A stretch of DNA of 64,000 nucleotides from Azolla caroliniana (GCA_043228905.1 JBHGNT010000014.1:7750001-7814000), one strand, 5' to 3'; shown: positions 24,116 to 36,875, counted from the first letter of the stretch. Numbers and translations are program-made. Notes: generated from the letters alone by a model not told the origin.

Positions 24116-24632
24116 GGTGGAGATGGAGACGGGGTTTGACTATGTGGAAGAGTGAGGAAGAGTGATGAGGCGAGGGCGAGATAGAGGAGGAACAACAGGA
24201 AGGGGAAGCTTGGCAGAGGGGCTATGAGAGTGAAAGAGGGCTTGAGAGCAAGAGCGTTTAGAGTGATGAGAGCGAGAAGGGGCTTCTGAGCTTGAGAGCG
24301 ATGGAGGTTGGGAGCGATAATGAACTTCTGTGTATGTGCTGCGTTTTGGAAACGGTTTTAGTAACTTACTCCTAGGGTTTTGTGCCCGAAGCGAATCCTG
24401 AAGATTCTGAGTCGTGGGTGCCATAATAAGTGACTAGGGCCACGTGTCCTGAAGGTGAGTGGGGTGCTTCGAGTGCTTTGCATGTGCTTAAATAGGTACT
24501 AAATGAGAGGTGGCTAGGGGTGCTCCTAAATTGTGGGTGCCTAGGTGGGTGGTGTAGGTGTAGCTAATCGGCGGCTAAACTATGGTTAATCCTACCTACT
24601 TTATTAATTTCAAAAAGGTGGGTGAGTCCTTA

Positions 24633-27600
24633 TTAAGGGGGACACATGGCCTCCTCCGTGGTGGTCTCCCGAATCTTGTTTGTGACGTGTGGCTCGGTAA
24701 ACGGGTTGGGTGCTGTAGTGCCTCGATATGGTCGAAGTCGGAAACCATTGGCCCAACTTTTGATAGTGTCGCCGGCGAGTGTGCCGAGCTGGAACGTCCC
24801 GTTGAACTCGTCGATAATCCAGAATGGACCGGTCCACCGAAATCGTAATTTTCCCGGCATTGACCCGAGTCGTGTTTGAAAAAGAAGAACCGGTTTGCCG
24901 GTGGTGAGCTCCTTCTCCAGCCCGTTTCAATGTCGATCCACGAAAGCCTTGCGTTGTCATTGGCGTTGTTCGAGCTGGGCCATACTCTCTATCCTGTCTT
25001 CGCCGAGTTCGAGGAGTTGTTCCAGCTGGTATTGCTCGGATTGGGCCTCGGGGAGCCATGCTTTGACTTGAACTCGGAGGCTCGGGACTTGGAACTCGAC
25101 GGGCATTACGGCTTCTAACCCGAACGCCATTCGAAAGGGGGTTGATTGGATGCTTGTTTTGAAAGTCGTACGATACACCCACAATGTGCTCTGGAGTTTG
25201 TCATCCCAATCGGTCCTGTTTTCATTGACGATCTTCTTCAGTATGGTTTGGAGGATTTTATTGGTCGATTCCGCCAAGCCGTTCGCCTGCGGGTAGTATG
25301 GTGTGCTTTTCTTGTGCACCACCGCGTAGTGGTGTGTAAGCTCACGTATTATATGATTGATGAAGTGCCCACCTTGGTCACTAACGAGCTTGATTGGGCA
25401 TCTGTAATGGCACCAAAGATGCTCGTACACGAATTTAGCCGTGGATGCTGCCGTGTTGTCTCGGAGTGCCTTAGCCTCGACCCATTTGGTATAGTAGTCC
25501 GTGGCCACGATAATGTACCTATTCCCTGTACGGGCCGCGGGTGGCTTGAAAGGGCCTACAAAATCCAAACCCCATTTTTGAAATGGGTCAAATGGAAGAA
25601 TCAGCTGGTGTGGCATGCGTGACTGTTCCATTGGTTGCCCCAATCGTTGGCACAAATCGCACTGCCGGCAAAACTCGTGAGCGTCTCTCTTCGTTATCGG
25701 CCACCACAATCCGCTTTGCCAAACCTTCCTTGCCATGGAATCCCCGACGTAGTGCCCCCCGGCTACTCCCTGGTGGGCCTCTTGAAGAATGACGTTCTTC
25801 TCGAATTGCTGAATCGCTCGGCGCCATATGCTGTCCGAGCCTTTGTGGTAGAGAATGTCCGAGACGAGGCAAATATTCCGGCTACGCACTGCTAGGCGTT
25901 TCCCCTTGTCAAAGGGCATGTGCTCGGGAGGTAAACCGGTAGTGAGAAAATGGGTCATCTCCGTGATCCATTCATCTTCGTTATCGTCTGGCATCGTGGT
26001 CAGGTTAAATAGGCTGGCGTCCGGTAGCTCGTCGTACGTTGTTTCCGCCGGTTCCCCTGACTCAAGACGGCTCAAGTAGTCGGCGACGGCGTGTTGTACC
26101 CCGGGTCGATGCTGAATCTGGAAATCAAATTCTTGGAGTAGGAGCATCCACCGAGCCAACCGTCCGGTGAGGGCTTGTTTATTGACCAAATAAAGAAGGG
26201 CCGAGTGATCCACGTGAAAGGTAAACTTCCGGCCCAAGAGGTAATGCCGGAATTTATTGATGCTATAAATCATACCGAGGGCCTCCCGCTCGGTGGTGGA
26301 GTAATTCTTTTCCATAGTTGAGAGCCGTCGGCTGGCGTAGTACATGGGCCTATACCAATTCGGGGGTGTGCATTGCATCAGGGCACTTCCGATGGCGATG
26401 TCCGAAGCATCTACGAAGACATGAAACGGTTCAGACCAAACTGGAGGCTGGACCACCGGGGCATGTGAGAGCATTAGTTTCAGGGTCTGATAGGCCGTGT
26501 CCTTGATTGACGTCCATTGGAAGGGAAGGCGATGGACTGCCGCGTGTAAAGGTGTCGTGAAATCCGCTAGATGCCATATCATTCGGCTGTGCCACCGGAT
26601 TTGTTCCAAAAATCGGCTTAGTGCCTTTGCGTTCGAGGGTGCGGGGGCGGTGAGGATGGCCTTTACTTTATCCGGGTCCATAGCGATGCCTTCTTGGTTG
26701 ACAATGTGGTCGAGAAGGTTGCCGCTGGTGACTAAGAACGCGCATTTCGCAGGGTTTAAGCTCAATCGAGCTTGGCGACATCGGTCCAGGCAGAGTCGTA
26801 ACTGGGTCATGTGTTCCCGTCGATGGCCATACACAGCGAAATCGTCGAGAAAGACTTGCATGAACGCCGGGATGTAGTCATGAAAGATTTCGGTGATGAT
26901 GCGTTGGAACGTAGCCAACACCGTTTTTAGACCGAACATCATTACTTCTGCCACAAAAACACCCCATTCCGTGACGAAAGCGGTTTTCTCCCGATCCTCC
27001 GGGTGCATTCTTATCTGGTTATAGCCACTGAACCTGTCAAGGCCGGCTACCGTGTCGAGGACGCTGTCCGTGAATGGGAGAGGGAAACCGTCGGTGACTG
27101 TTGCCGTGTTAAGCTTCTGATAGTCGATGTAGACGCGGATTTTTCCGTTCTTCTTTGGGACTACTACGATCGGGCTTAACCACGTGGCCCATTTAACAGG
27201 GCGAATGAAGCCCACTCGGAGTAGTTTGTCGATTTCCTCTTTGACTTTAGCGGCGTAGTTGGGGTTCATCCTGTAGCGCCTCTGCTGAACCGGCCGAGTG
27301 TCGGGTAAGAGGTGGATTTGATGTTGGTAGTAGTGAGGATCCAACCCCTTCATATCGGTGTAAGACCAAGCGAAAACATCCTGGTAGTCCGTGACCAACC
27401 GTACGAGGGATGCCCGTTCTCCAGGTTGGTAGATTATTGGCAATTTGTAACATACGGGGATTCTCGTCCGAGCCGAGGTTTATTGTTTCCAGGGTTGATG
27501 CTTTGACTCGTTGTGAAATGGCGAGTTCACGTTCGAAAGCATCCCGAGCATGGCGTAGCTCGACAACTATGGTTGGATCTGGTTCATCTTGAGGTGGTGA

Positions 27601-30291
27601 TTCCTCCGTGACTTCTTCGTCTTTAGGTGGCTCGATGGTTGGTATGGCATTGATTTCGAAGAGAGGGATGATCGTGGGATGATCATCTAGGAAGTCATCG
27701 ACCTCCTCATCGGCCAAACCGTTAAGCATATGGACCCCTTCCGCGTATAATGGCGAAGTGTTGAGGGCCACGGGCACTCGTTCTTCAGTGATGATTCGGA
27801 CTTTTGTCTTGCCTCTTCAGAACGAGATCATGTTGCATTGCCAATGCTGCTTGATATTCGCTGTACGCAACCATGGTCGACCTAGTAACATTGGGTAGGC
27901 GCCTTGTGTCTCTAGTCTTAGTACGACGGCCGAGATCGTGAACATGTGGCCTCTGAGTGTGAAGTCGAGATGGAGGATTAAACCAATGGGGCTAACAGAG
28001 CGGGTGTCGGCCATCCAAAGCCAAAAGGGGCATGGTTCCCATTGATTTAGGCCGAGGTTGTGACACGTTGACTCGCTAATAACGTTTACGCCGGATCCGC
28101 CGTCGATGATGCATCCGTGCAGGTCTTGTCCCTTAATGATGATTCGCACGGCTGGGTTCTGAGAATCCATGAGTGGTGGACCTGTGCCTACTTCGGTGAG
28201 GTGTACTGGTGGCGTCAAGGGCTTAGTATTGGCCTGGAGTACCGCTAGGGTGTCCCGAAATCTCGGCATGAGTGGTAACAGTTTATGTAGGGGCAGTGAG
28301 ATGCGGGAGTTGGTAAGAACATCCCATAGTTGGTCGTCCTCCGACGACGTGGATGGTACCGAGGTTTGTGGTGCTTCGATGGGCACGTCTCTCATGTCAG
28401 TTTGCATGCGCACGACATTCTTTTTATTGGCCATGTCGATCCATTCTTTTGCTGCCTAATGGACTTCATCCTGGCTTTGCCACTGTGTAGTCTGCGCTTT
28501 ACTCCGGGTAGTGACGGTTTGAACATCGGCCATGATACTGTTCACCGCAGGTGCTTTGCCACGGTCGGTTGTTGGGCATTGCGTGGCATAGTGGCCGAGT
28601 TGGTTACATTTAAAACACGTAACGTTGGCCAAGTTGCTGGTGTCAGCCCGGTCTGTGTGTGGGAGCTGTTGCAGTTGATTCCTTGTCTCGTTTGGTGGTG
28701 GGTTGGTCCGAGGTGCATTGGTGTTCCGCTGGTCGTTTGGAGGAGCCTCTTGTTGGCGGTTGTCGTTGTTCCTTCTATTGTTGCGGTTTCCGTTTCGCCG
28801 ATCGTTACGTGAGTTCCTCCGATCATACCTGTCATCCCGATCATCGTCGTAATGATCATAATCGTCGTTTCGGTCGTCGCGATAGCGATCCCAGCGGTCA
28901 TCTTGACGGTAATCGTCGTCCCGGCGTCGTCTATCCGGTGATCGTGGGCGATCGTTATCGTTGTCTCGGTAGGAATTACGCTCATCCTGTCGAGAGTACG
29001 TGTTCCTGGGCTCGATCTGGCGAACTGGTGTGGTCGTAGTGCGATTGAGCATGTTGTACTCGCATTGTTCGACGGTGTGAGATCGTGATTGGCAAATTGG
29101 ACACTGTGGGCAATGAGGACATTCAAGAGCCAGGTGACCCAAGCCTGAACAGATCGTGCATTGGAGGTCTTGGCGAAAGCGGTTGTCCTCCTATGGAAGG
29201 GCATTCTGTAGGGAGGTCATAGAGAAGGCCGCACCGTGTTGGGATCGATCGAGGGCGAGGACTCACGTTATGACTTCCTCGATAGTTTGGTTGCCAAAAT
29301 TTGTAAGTGCGAGAGTCGTTCGGAGAGGCTCTCGTAAACTGGACAGGAAAGTGTCTGGTATATGTTGTGCCGAGACATCGTCGGCCACTTGTCTGTAGAG
29401 ATCCTGGAACCGGATCGTGAACTACGCGACCGTTTCGTGCGGTTCTTGGCATATCGAGAAGAATTGCCGGAGCAGTTCCCGTTTGGGCACCTCGCGATGA
29501 AAGAGTTCAGGGTGAAAGCATGCGAATGGAAACACTATTATAGCTATTTAGCTGCTAAAATGACCACAGCTAAATAGTTTTTTTATAGCTAATTTTTAGT
29601 AGGAAGATCTTAAAGATATGTATCATTTATTATGGAGATGGAAATATTACCATTTATGGTCCACCGTTTAGCTAGTCTTTTTCTGAGATCAAATTCTAAT
29701 CATCCCTAAATTTGCCAAAATATACAAATTACATGTAGCTTTTTAGATAGTTAATTAGCTATGTCAAGGAGATAGCTAATTGTTCCCATTCCCATGCTTT
29801 CACCCTTCAAGGAACTTTGTGTGCACGATTTGGAAGGTGGTTCCCTCTCCTAGTTCAAGGCGAGAGTACCATCGTGCGGCCGGTCCATCGAGGGAGAGTG
29901 TGAACTCGGCAATCTTTGAGGCATCGATTTCGGCCGGCGTGAGGCGGTGCGTTGAGTGGTTGGCCTGCCACATAGATATGAAGGCACAAATGTGTCACTC
30001 CGCATCTGGTCCGTCGGTGTAACGTGGGTATGGGTACGGCATGATGTACTCTGGGTCTTCTGGTAGCACCGGGAAAGGGTTTAGTTCCGGTTGAGTGACC
30101 TCCGAAGGGCTTGGCGGGGGTTGTGGTGGGGAATCAATTCCTGATTGAGTGTCCGGTGGCGAGGATTGCACTGGGGGAGCCTCCGATTGCTCGGGAAAGG
30201 ATTGGTCAGTGACCGCCGAGTCGGAAGTTCCTTCGACTGGCTCAGGGCGTCGGGTAGATGGCCGAGACCTCGTGGTGCGAGAGGGTGCCAT
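24633..30291 (-). pseudogene. gag-pol: Gyp1 gag-pol
   Basis: gag from 30291, CCHC knuckles, protease IIDGGSGVN (27817-28434). The 828-aa ORF 24957-27443 has RT (FLDD), RH (DAS..NYSTTERE) and INT (HHCC, WGLDF). GPF motif at 24633-24860. Confidence 0.95.
29510..29805. mobile_element. 296-bp non-autonomous TIR element (MITE) with 4-bp TSD TTCA
   Basis: 25-bp TIRs gggtgaaagcatg(c/g)gaatgg(a/g)aaca with 2 mismatches. ttca at 29506-29509 and 29806-29809. Removing it restores the gag frame (HTKFLELFHREVP). Confidence 0.93.
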
Positions 30292-33200
30292 AACAGCAGC
30301 TGGTGGTTACCTTCAACGAAGTTCGCTATGCACTCACATCTGTAACTGGGCATGCCAAATTGTGTTACCTGTTCCTTTGGGTGACACCTTCGATAGACCT
30401 GAGGTTATCGGTAGCAAAGGATGTGTTACGTGAAGGCTCGTAAACAGAGGCATCGTGAGGTAGAAAATAATACGAGATGGAATACTAGTGAGATCTTGAT
30501 AGGCGTGGATGGCACTTAATTCAGAAACACGGGAGAAAACAGACTCATGGAGCAAGATGGGCACAATAACAGATATGTATTAATGCGACAACAAAAGGGT
30601 TACAGAGCGCGGCCTACGGCCGGTGACCTTACAATAGTATCTAATTACGATGGAATTTGCTAGTGCTTCCACCTATACTTTTTCTACTCCCTCTCTGAGG
30701 TACTCGACCTTGTTTAAATAACGTTTCCCCTAATACACAACCGAGCCGTCGGTGGCCCGTGATACTTGGACTCGGCGCTCGCTAGCGTTCTTTCCTACTC
30801 GGTTACACTACCGCCGTTTGCTAATTTCCTAATTTACATTTCTGTCCTTTGGACAACAGTAAATCTATCCCCATATATGCTCTTAGAGTGCACATTTTGT
30901 GCTAGCGTCGCAAATGAGGACCGGCTAGTGTGCAACTTGACTACATGGGTAGAACACAATGAATTTAGGAAAGAGTGAAATAGGTAATAGGATTGGCTAA
31001 TCAAGTAAACTAGAATATTTTGTGGGCAAGTTACAATGTACTTAGTCTTGAAGTATGTGCCATTGACTTCAAGATAAGTACTATCTAGCACTAGCCTATA
31101 TCTAGGGAGTTGGGTCATATTAAATGACAAGTCAGTTGACAAAAAATGAATATCTCCACTACTATCAACTTACAGCACATTTAATGTTACACTCAGACCA
31201 AACAGAGAATATAATCCACTCTCTTACACAATGGTGTATTGATCATCAGTCCCCACTAATTTTGTAGTGAGTTGGTCCAGATCCCATCTAAGCTCTAAAG
31301 TGTGAGCGCATGGGTGAACTACCATTGTGAGCTACTCTCATATGTAATAGAAGTTTTGTTTTCATATATCCATCTTTGTGGTTGTAACTCTATATACCTA
31401 TCTAATCGATTCTCAATATTTGTAACACGTGGTGCTTGCTTGAGACCATAGAGTGGCTTCTTCAGTCGGCAGACTGCTTTCGGATGGATGCTTGATTCGA
31501 AACCAGGTGATTGCACCATGTACCCCCTGTTGTAATTCGCCTTGAAGAAAGGTATTCTTTACATCCATTTGATAGAGGTGCCACCCTTTCGCTGATGCGA
31601 GTGCAATCAAGGTCCGCACAGTCATCATCTTTGCCACCGGGGCAAAGGTCTCTTCATAGTTGACTCCATGTGTTTGTGCGTATCCTTTCGCTACGAGTCG
31701 AGCTTTGTGGCGGTTGATAGAGCCGTCGACATTATACTTCACCTTGTAAATCCATCTGTAACCGATTGCCTTCTTGTGCGGTGAGTAGGGAACGAGATCC
31801 CATGTCTCATTCTTGCATAGTGCCTGCACCTCCTCGTTCATTGCTTTGACTCATCGTGGATCCTTGGTTGCTTCCGAAAAACATTCCGGTTCTCGAACTC
31901 TCGCCACCTTCATCATAAAGTCATAGTGGTATGCCATATAAACATTGTGGCTGAATCGGGTAACCGGATTCTTCTCACGGGTGGAGCGACGAAGATTTTC
32001 GTTTTCCGTGGCAATGGCTTTCTTTATGCCAGGTGTCCTCATGATAGGTACATCGAAGCCACCAAATTCACTGTCAAGGGAGTGAGTTGTTTCGTTGCCG
32101 TCTAATTGATCGTCTTCATATTCTGGCATTTTCTCCTTACCTTTGTCCATCTTCGGACTAGGCCGAGATGTGCTTTGGTCGCTCGGGGGCTCTTGTGGGC
32201 CCACTAAGCCTTGTCGTAATCGGGCTTTCTTCGAACATATGTTCGAGTTAAACTCCATCTTCTATCTCTTGTTCAGCGGATTCCGGGTTGGCTAGACATG
32301 ATTCGGGAGGACTCAAGAGTCGGCTTGGGTTTGTACCATGATGCCGATTCGTCGGGGATGTGTACATATGCAATGGAGTCGAATATTTGAACATATGATA
32401 GATCTAACCTCTTTCCGAAAAACTTATTGTGGAGGGTAACCTCATGCACGCTCAATGTTGTACACCGGTTCATTAGGTAGATGGTTGTGTTAGAGGCTTT
32501 TGCCAAGTACGACTTTGGCATGTGCGATCTTGTTAAGCATGGCCTGTGCTACTTCGAGGATGTGCCAATTCTTTTGTTCGACTACTCCGTTCTGTTGTGG
32601 TGTAGGTCAACATGAAAACTCTCGCCAAATTCCTTCTTTTTGGAGAAAACCCGAAAATTCGTTGGAGAAGTAATATTTTCCTCCATCCAACCAAAGACAT
32701 CGTACATGACGGTTGTTTGTCTTTTCGACTTCGCTTTTGAATTTCTGAAAGTGTCTGAACACTTCGCTCTTTTGCCGCATGGGGTAGATCTAGGTGTGCC
32801 TGGAGAAATCGTCGATAAAGGCCATGTAGTATCGGCATCCGCCGAATGTAGCCATTTGAGCTGATCCCCATGCATCGGAATGAATTACGTTGACTACGCC
32901 TTTGATTACGTTCCTCTCCTTTGGAAACGGGTGTCGATGTTGCTTGCCGAATTGGCAGGCTGCACATACTCCTTCAATCTCTTTCTCTTTGAAGATCCGG
33001 AGTCCGATGAAGACTCCTTTCGATTGCATGGCCTTGAGCTTTTGGAGGTTTATGTGGCCAATCCGGTTGTGCCACAACTCTATATCGGTGTCGGTTTTGA
33101 TGCCTTTTGCAAACATTGACGATTTCATCTCGTGCGAGTCGAGAATGAACATTTGTCACTCTCTTCATCCACGAGCGATGAGTCGACCCTCTTTCTTGAT

Positions 33201-33443
33201 GAAGCAACCGCCTTGATTAAATCAAACTTGCATCCCTTACTCAAAATTTGGCCGACGGAGACTAAATTCTTCGTAATGGTTGGTACATGTAAGACATTCT
33301 TAATGTGAGTTTGGTTACCTTCTTTTCCAAATGGAACATTGCGGATGTGTCAAAACGGATGAGTAGTGTCGTCTCCGGTCTTGACATAGCCCGGTCCATC
33401 CGACTCTTGAAGTTCTCGGAACCATTCTTGGTGAGACGTCATA

Positions 33444-33952
33444 TGTTTTAGATAAATGTACAAGCTCAAATTGACATGAGCTATGATTTTTTATGTTTAT
33501 AAAGTTGTATGGTGAATATTTATCTAAAGACTATAGTGAATAGCATATAATGGGTAAATATATGTGGTAGGTGAGAATTAGACACAAAATCAGTGGCTAC
33601 AAAAGTGGCGTCTAATAGGTGAGTCAAGTTGTAAGTAGCTAGCATAAACATAAGGTATAAATAGGTATAAAATGAGTTCTATACACATAGAAAAAAGGAG
33701 AACAAGAGGAATACCTAAAGTTTCATATGTAAGTGAGAAGTTCTATAGATTGTCTTTGATATACATTGTTAGTCTCTCTCTCACGGTCTCTTTTGTATCA
33801 GCTATTTTGTAAGATTCATATCTTAATGAATATATAGCCAATTCTTATGTTTAAATACTCTTTGGAAAGCTTGTTCTGTGTAGTTTCATCATATTATTGG
33901 AGTTATCAATCTGAGAGTGAAAGGTGTCTGTCCATGTATTAAACCTACAACA
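33444..33952. mobile_element. Orphan LTR-like segment joining Cop4 and Cop7
   Basis: tgtt...caaca ends, AT-rich, with tataaata. The two flanks belong to different elements and there is no TSD. Confidence 0.55.
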
Positions 33953-34731
33953 GTTCACTATACGCTTCTTACTGTGAATAGGAGGACAAATTCTTCACAT
34001 CATATGCATCCCTAATATCTGTCTCCCTGGACCTAGATCTTTCATTGAGAAGGTCCGGCTGTTGCATGTAGATCTCTTCTTCAAGGTCACCATGTTGGAA
34101 CGTCGTCTTGACATCTAGTTGCTCTACCTCGAGGTCCATGCTTTCCAGTACGCTCAACACCGTTCAGATGGATGTCATCTTCACTACCGGCGCAAAGATC
34201 TCATCGAAATCCACTCCTTTCTTTAGCTGGAATCCCTTCACCACAATGCACGCTTTGTACCTTGTTGGATTTCGGCGTCTCCCGGTTTCAGGTTTGTACA
34301 CCCACTTGTTCCGGAGTTCTCTCTTTCCTTTCGGTAGCTCCGTCAATTCATATGTGTGGTTCTCATGCAGGGAATCCATCTCATTCTGCATGACACTTAA
34401 CCACTTGCGGCTGTGGGTGTCTTTCTTTGCTTCTTCAAAGCTTTCCAGCTCCCCCTTGTCGGTCAACAGCACATGCTCTACAACCAGAAATCTCTGGGGG
34501 GTCCTTCTCTCTCTTAGAGGGTATCTTCTTCCTTGGTTTACATCCATCGGTTTCCCTGTCTGTTCCTCATCCGAATCTGATTCGGGGTCTTATCCGGTTC
34601 CGGTCTTATCACATACGTTGTCGTAGTGTATTTCGTACACTACATGAAAAAGTAAAAATAATATAACCGATTTAATTACATATAAATAAATAAAATAAGA
34701 ATATCAAAATATTTATCACGTGCATAGGGCA

Positions 34732-34785
34732 AGATTCAAACCCTATACCTCCACGTAGCCAAACCTCAACCTTACCATTATGCTA
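34732..34785 (-). promoter_or_regulatory. tRNA-like A/B-box cassette in the Gyp2 LTR
   Basis: A-box tagcataatgg fits TRGCNNARYGG. B-box ggtttgaatct. Starts 43 nt apart. Confidence 0.6.
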
Positions 34786-36713
34786 CCTTATCTTTAGTGT
34801 TTTACAAATTGATTTAATAACTATAAGTGCTTTATTTGTGCCTACCTTTATTAAAAGGTAAATCATGCGTTTTTAGAGTGCGTGAATATTTTATAGAAAA
34901 ACGCAAGCAACTAAAAAGTGACTCATGCACATCTAGCGTGCATGAGCACTATATTTAACAAATAAAAGCAAGGATTAGAAAACCATCACATGCACATTTA
35001 GTGTGCATGAACATATTAGAAAAACGCATGTAGCTATGCTTAGTCTCTCTCATCACTACATAAGGATGGGGAGCACAATGTAATAGGTGTGTGAAATATT
35101 TGGAAATTGGATATATTTCCGAAAACACCAACCAATTAATATAATTGTGGGATTCACGAAAATAATATAATCTATACTTGTGGGATTCACAAGTTTCTTA
35201 TATCTTTCTTTCAATCTAAATACATATTCTTATCTAAATATTGATTAATCGAATACAATACACTCGTGGGATTCACGAAATTTCTATCTCTCTTTCTAAT
35301 AATCTATTCATTACTAGCCTCATCTCATATTCTTCTTTCTCCTAGTCCAAAACCTCAGTGGTTCCCACCCGACTCACGCAACGATCCGGCGCCGAAAGGC
35401 ATAAAACAGTTGGTGAACCCGACGTGAAGGCGGGTGGCAAGGAGATGGAGAATCAACAAGAGGCGATGAGCATGATGATGATGATGGTTGAGCGGATGCA
35501 ACAAGAACAACGCACGATGACAGAGATGAAGGCGGCAGTAGAGCGGCTTGTGCGACGAAATGGGGAATTCAATGGAAATGATGTGTCACGCTATCTACGT
35601 GACTACAAAGGGGAGATGATGCGATGTGGGATACCGGAAGGATTGCAAGTGATATCCTTCAGTCGGGTAGCCACGGATGAGTTACAAGAAAGAATCTACA
35701 AGATACGGCAACAAAACCCAACATGGGGGTCCTTTGAAGGAGCTTTACGAGAGGCATATGATTACGATAGACCGAAGGGACGAGATTGGCGAGAGTTCGA
35801 TGAATGGGTGGCATCGGAGAAGACCCACCAAAGTGCAACACAAGCATTCCTAGAGTTCGAGCATTGTTTTGCTCAAATCTCAGAGCGGGAACAATGATTG
35901 TTGGGGGAGGATAAAGTCCTAATGTTCGTAAAATCGATCGATCGAAAAGAATGGATGGACATCGGGATCGAACTCGAAGACGATGAAGGTACGAATGGTC
36001 TTACTGAAGATTGGGCCGAAGTCCAAAGGGTATGCCGGAGACATGATGAGAGGAAGATGAGAATCTTGTCAACGACATGGCCGATGAAGGATGGTCGATT
36101 GAAGACAAACGATGGAGCCAATATGAAGGCTGAAATACAACATGATGGTGCGACGGAAGAGGGTGTAAAACAAGCTACCCTCTTGTCTTGCGAAAGAACA
36201 ACGACGAAGGATAAGGCCGATAACCCAAGTGTAGAAGAAGATTTCAGAATACAAGTGTCCGAAACATCGGGTGAAAAAGGGGTAAGCATAATTGATGTAG
36301 TGAAAGAGAGCAAGGAGGACTTGATTGAGGAGGTCACCACGAAAGATGACATCGAATCGAAGGTGGCTATGGACGAATCAACGACGGATGGCCATATCGA
36401 GACTTCCCCACCACTGATTCCAGAGACTCCGGCGGTTGCGTTCGAAAGGCAACGTGAGACCGAAGCAACGGAAGGTGGCGGAGAGAAAACAAAGGTCGAA
36501 GCCGATGCGTATGACGGAGAGATAGCCGAGAATATGGCTATGGGTGAAATAACGGAGGATGATAATACCGAGGATTCCTACCCACTAATTCTAGAGACTT
36601 CGGCGGTTGTGTCCGAGAACAAACGTGAGACCGGAGAGACGGGAGGTGGCAGCAAGAAAGGTAAAGTCGGAAGCCGGTTCGGATGGAAGGTGATTCAGAC
36701 GGGATTCCGATTC

Positions 36714-36875
36714 GAAAGAAAGCCGAACCGGGTAAAAGAGGATTCGACCGAAAGTCGACCCGAAAGAAAGCCGAACCGAAAGGAAGATAATTCAGCCGAA
36801 AGACGACACAAACGAAAGCCGAACCGGGCGAATGAGGATTCGGCTGAAAGACGACCCGAAAGAAAGCCGACCCGA
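36714..36875 (+). repeat. 48-bp in-frame tandem repeat (~3.4 units)
   Basis: Units start at 36714, 36762, 36810 and 36858 and encode ERKPNRxxEDSxExRP. Confidence 0.85.

Larger units (their letters stand above)
20440..30858 (-). mobile_element. Gyp1: full-length Ty3/gypsy non-chromovirus element (3' LTR 20440-20937, 5' LTR 30363-30858, PBS 30346-30357) with an extra ORF
   Basis: LTR pair differing by roughly 15-20 substitutions counted by eye. TSD gtaaa at 20435-20439 and 30859-30863. Order gag-PR-RT-RH-INT. No chromodomain or second RNase H seen. PBS tggcatgcccag is tRNA-Arg-like. Confidence 0.96.
20403..31427. mobile_element. Orphan ~600-bp LTR-like insert (20403-20439 + 30864-31427), split by Gyp1
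   Basis: Starts tgtta and ends taaca. AT-rich and non-coding. Interrupts Cop4 RT between KQAPR and QYLH. No TSD. Confidence 0.6.
9946..33443 (-). mobile_element. Cop4: copia element split into 9946-10473, 16257-16885, ~20217-20402 and 31428-33443; 3' LTR 9946-10403; 5' end (gag, 5' LTR) missing
   Basis: The LTR is homologous to the Cop8 LTRs. The pieces are collinear with Cop8 (RH 16505-16840, RT 20220-20400 and 31413-31841, INT 32273-33152, PR to 33443). Confidence 0.85.
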
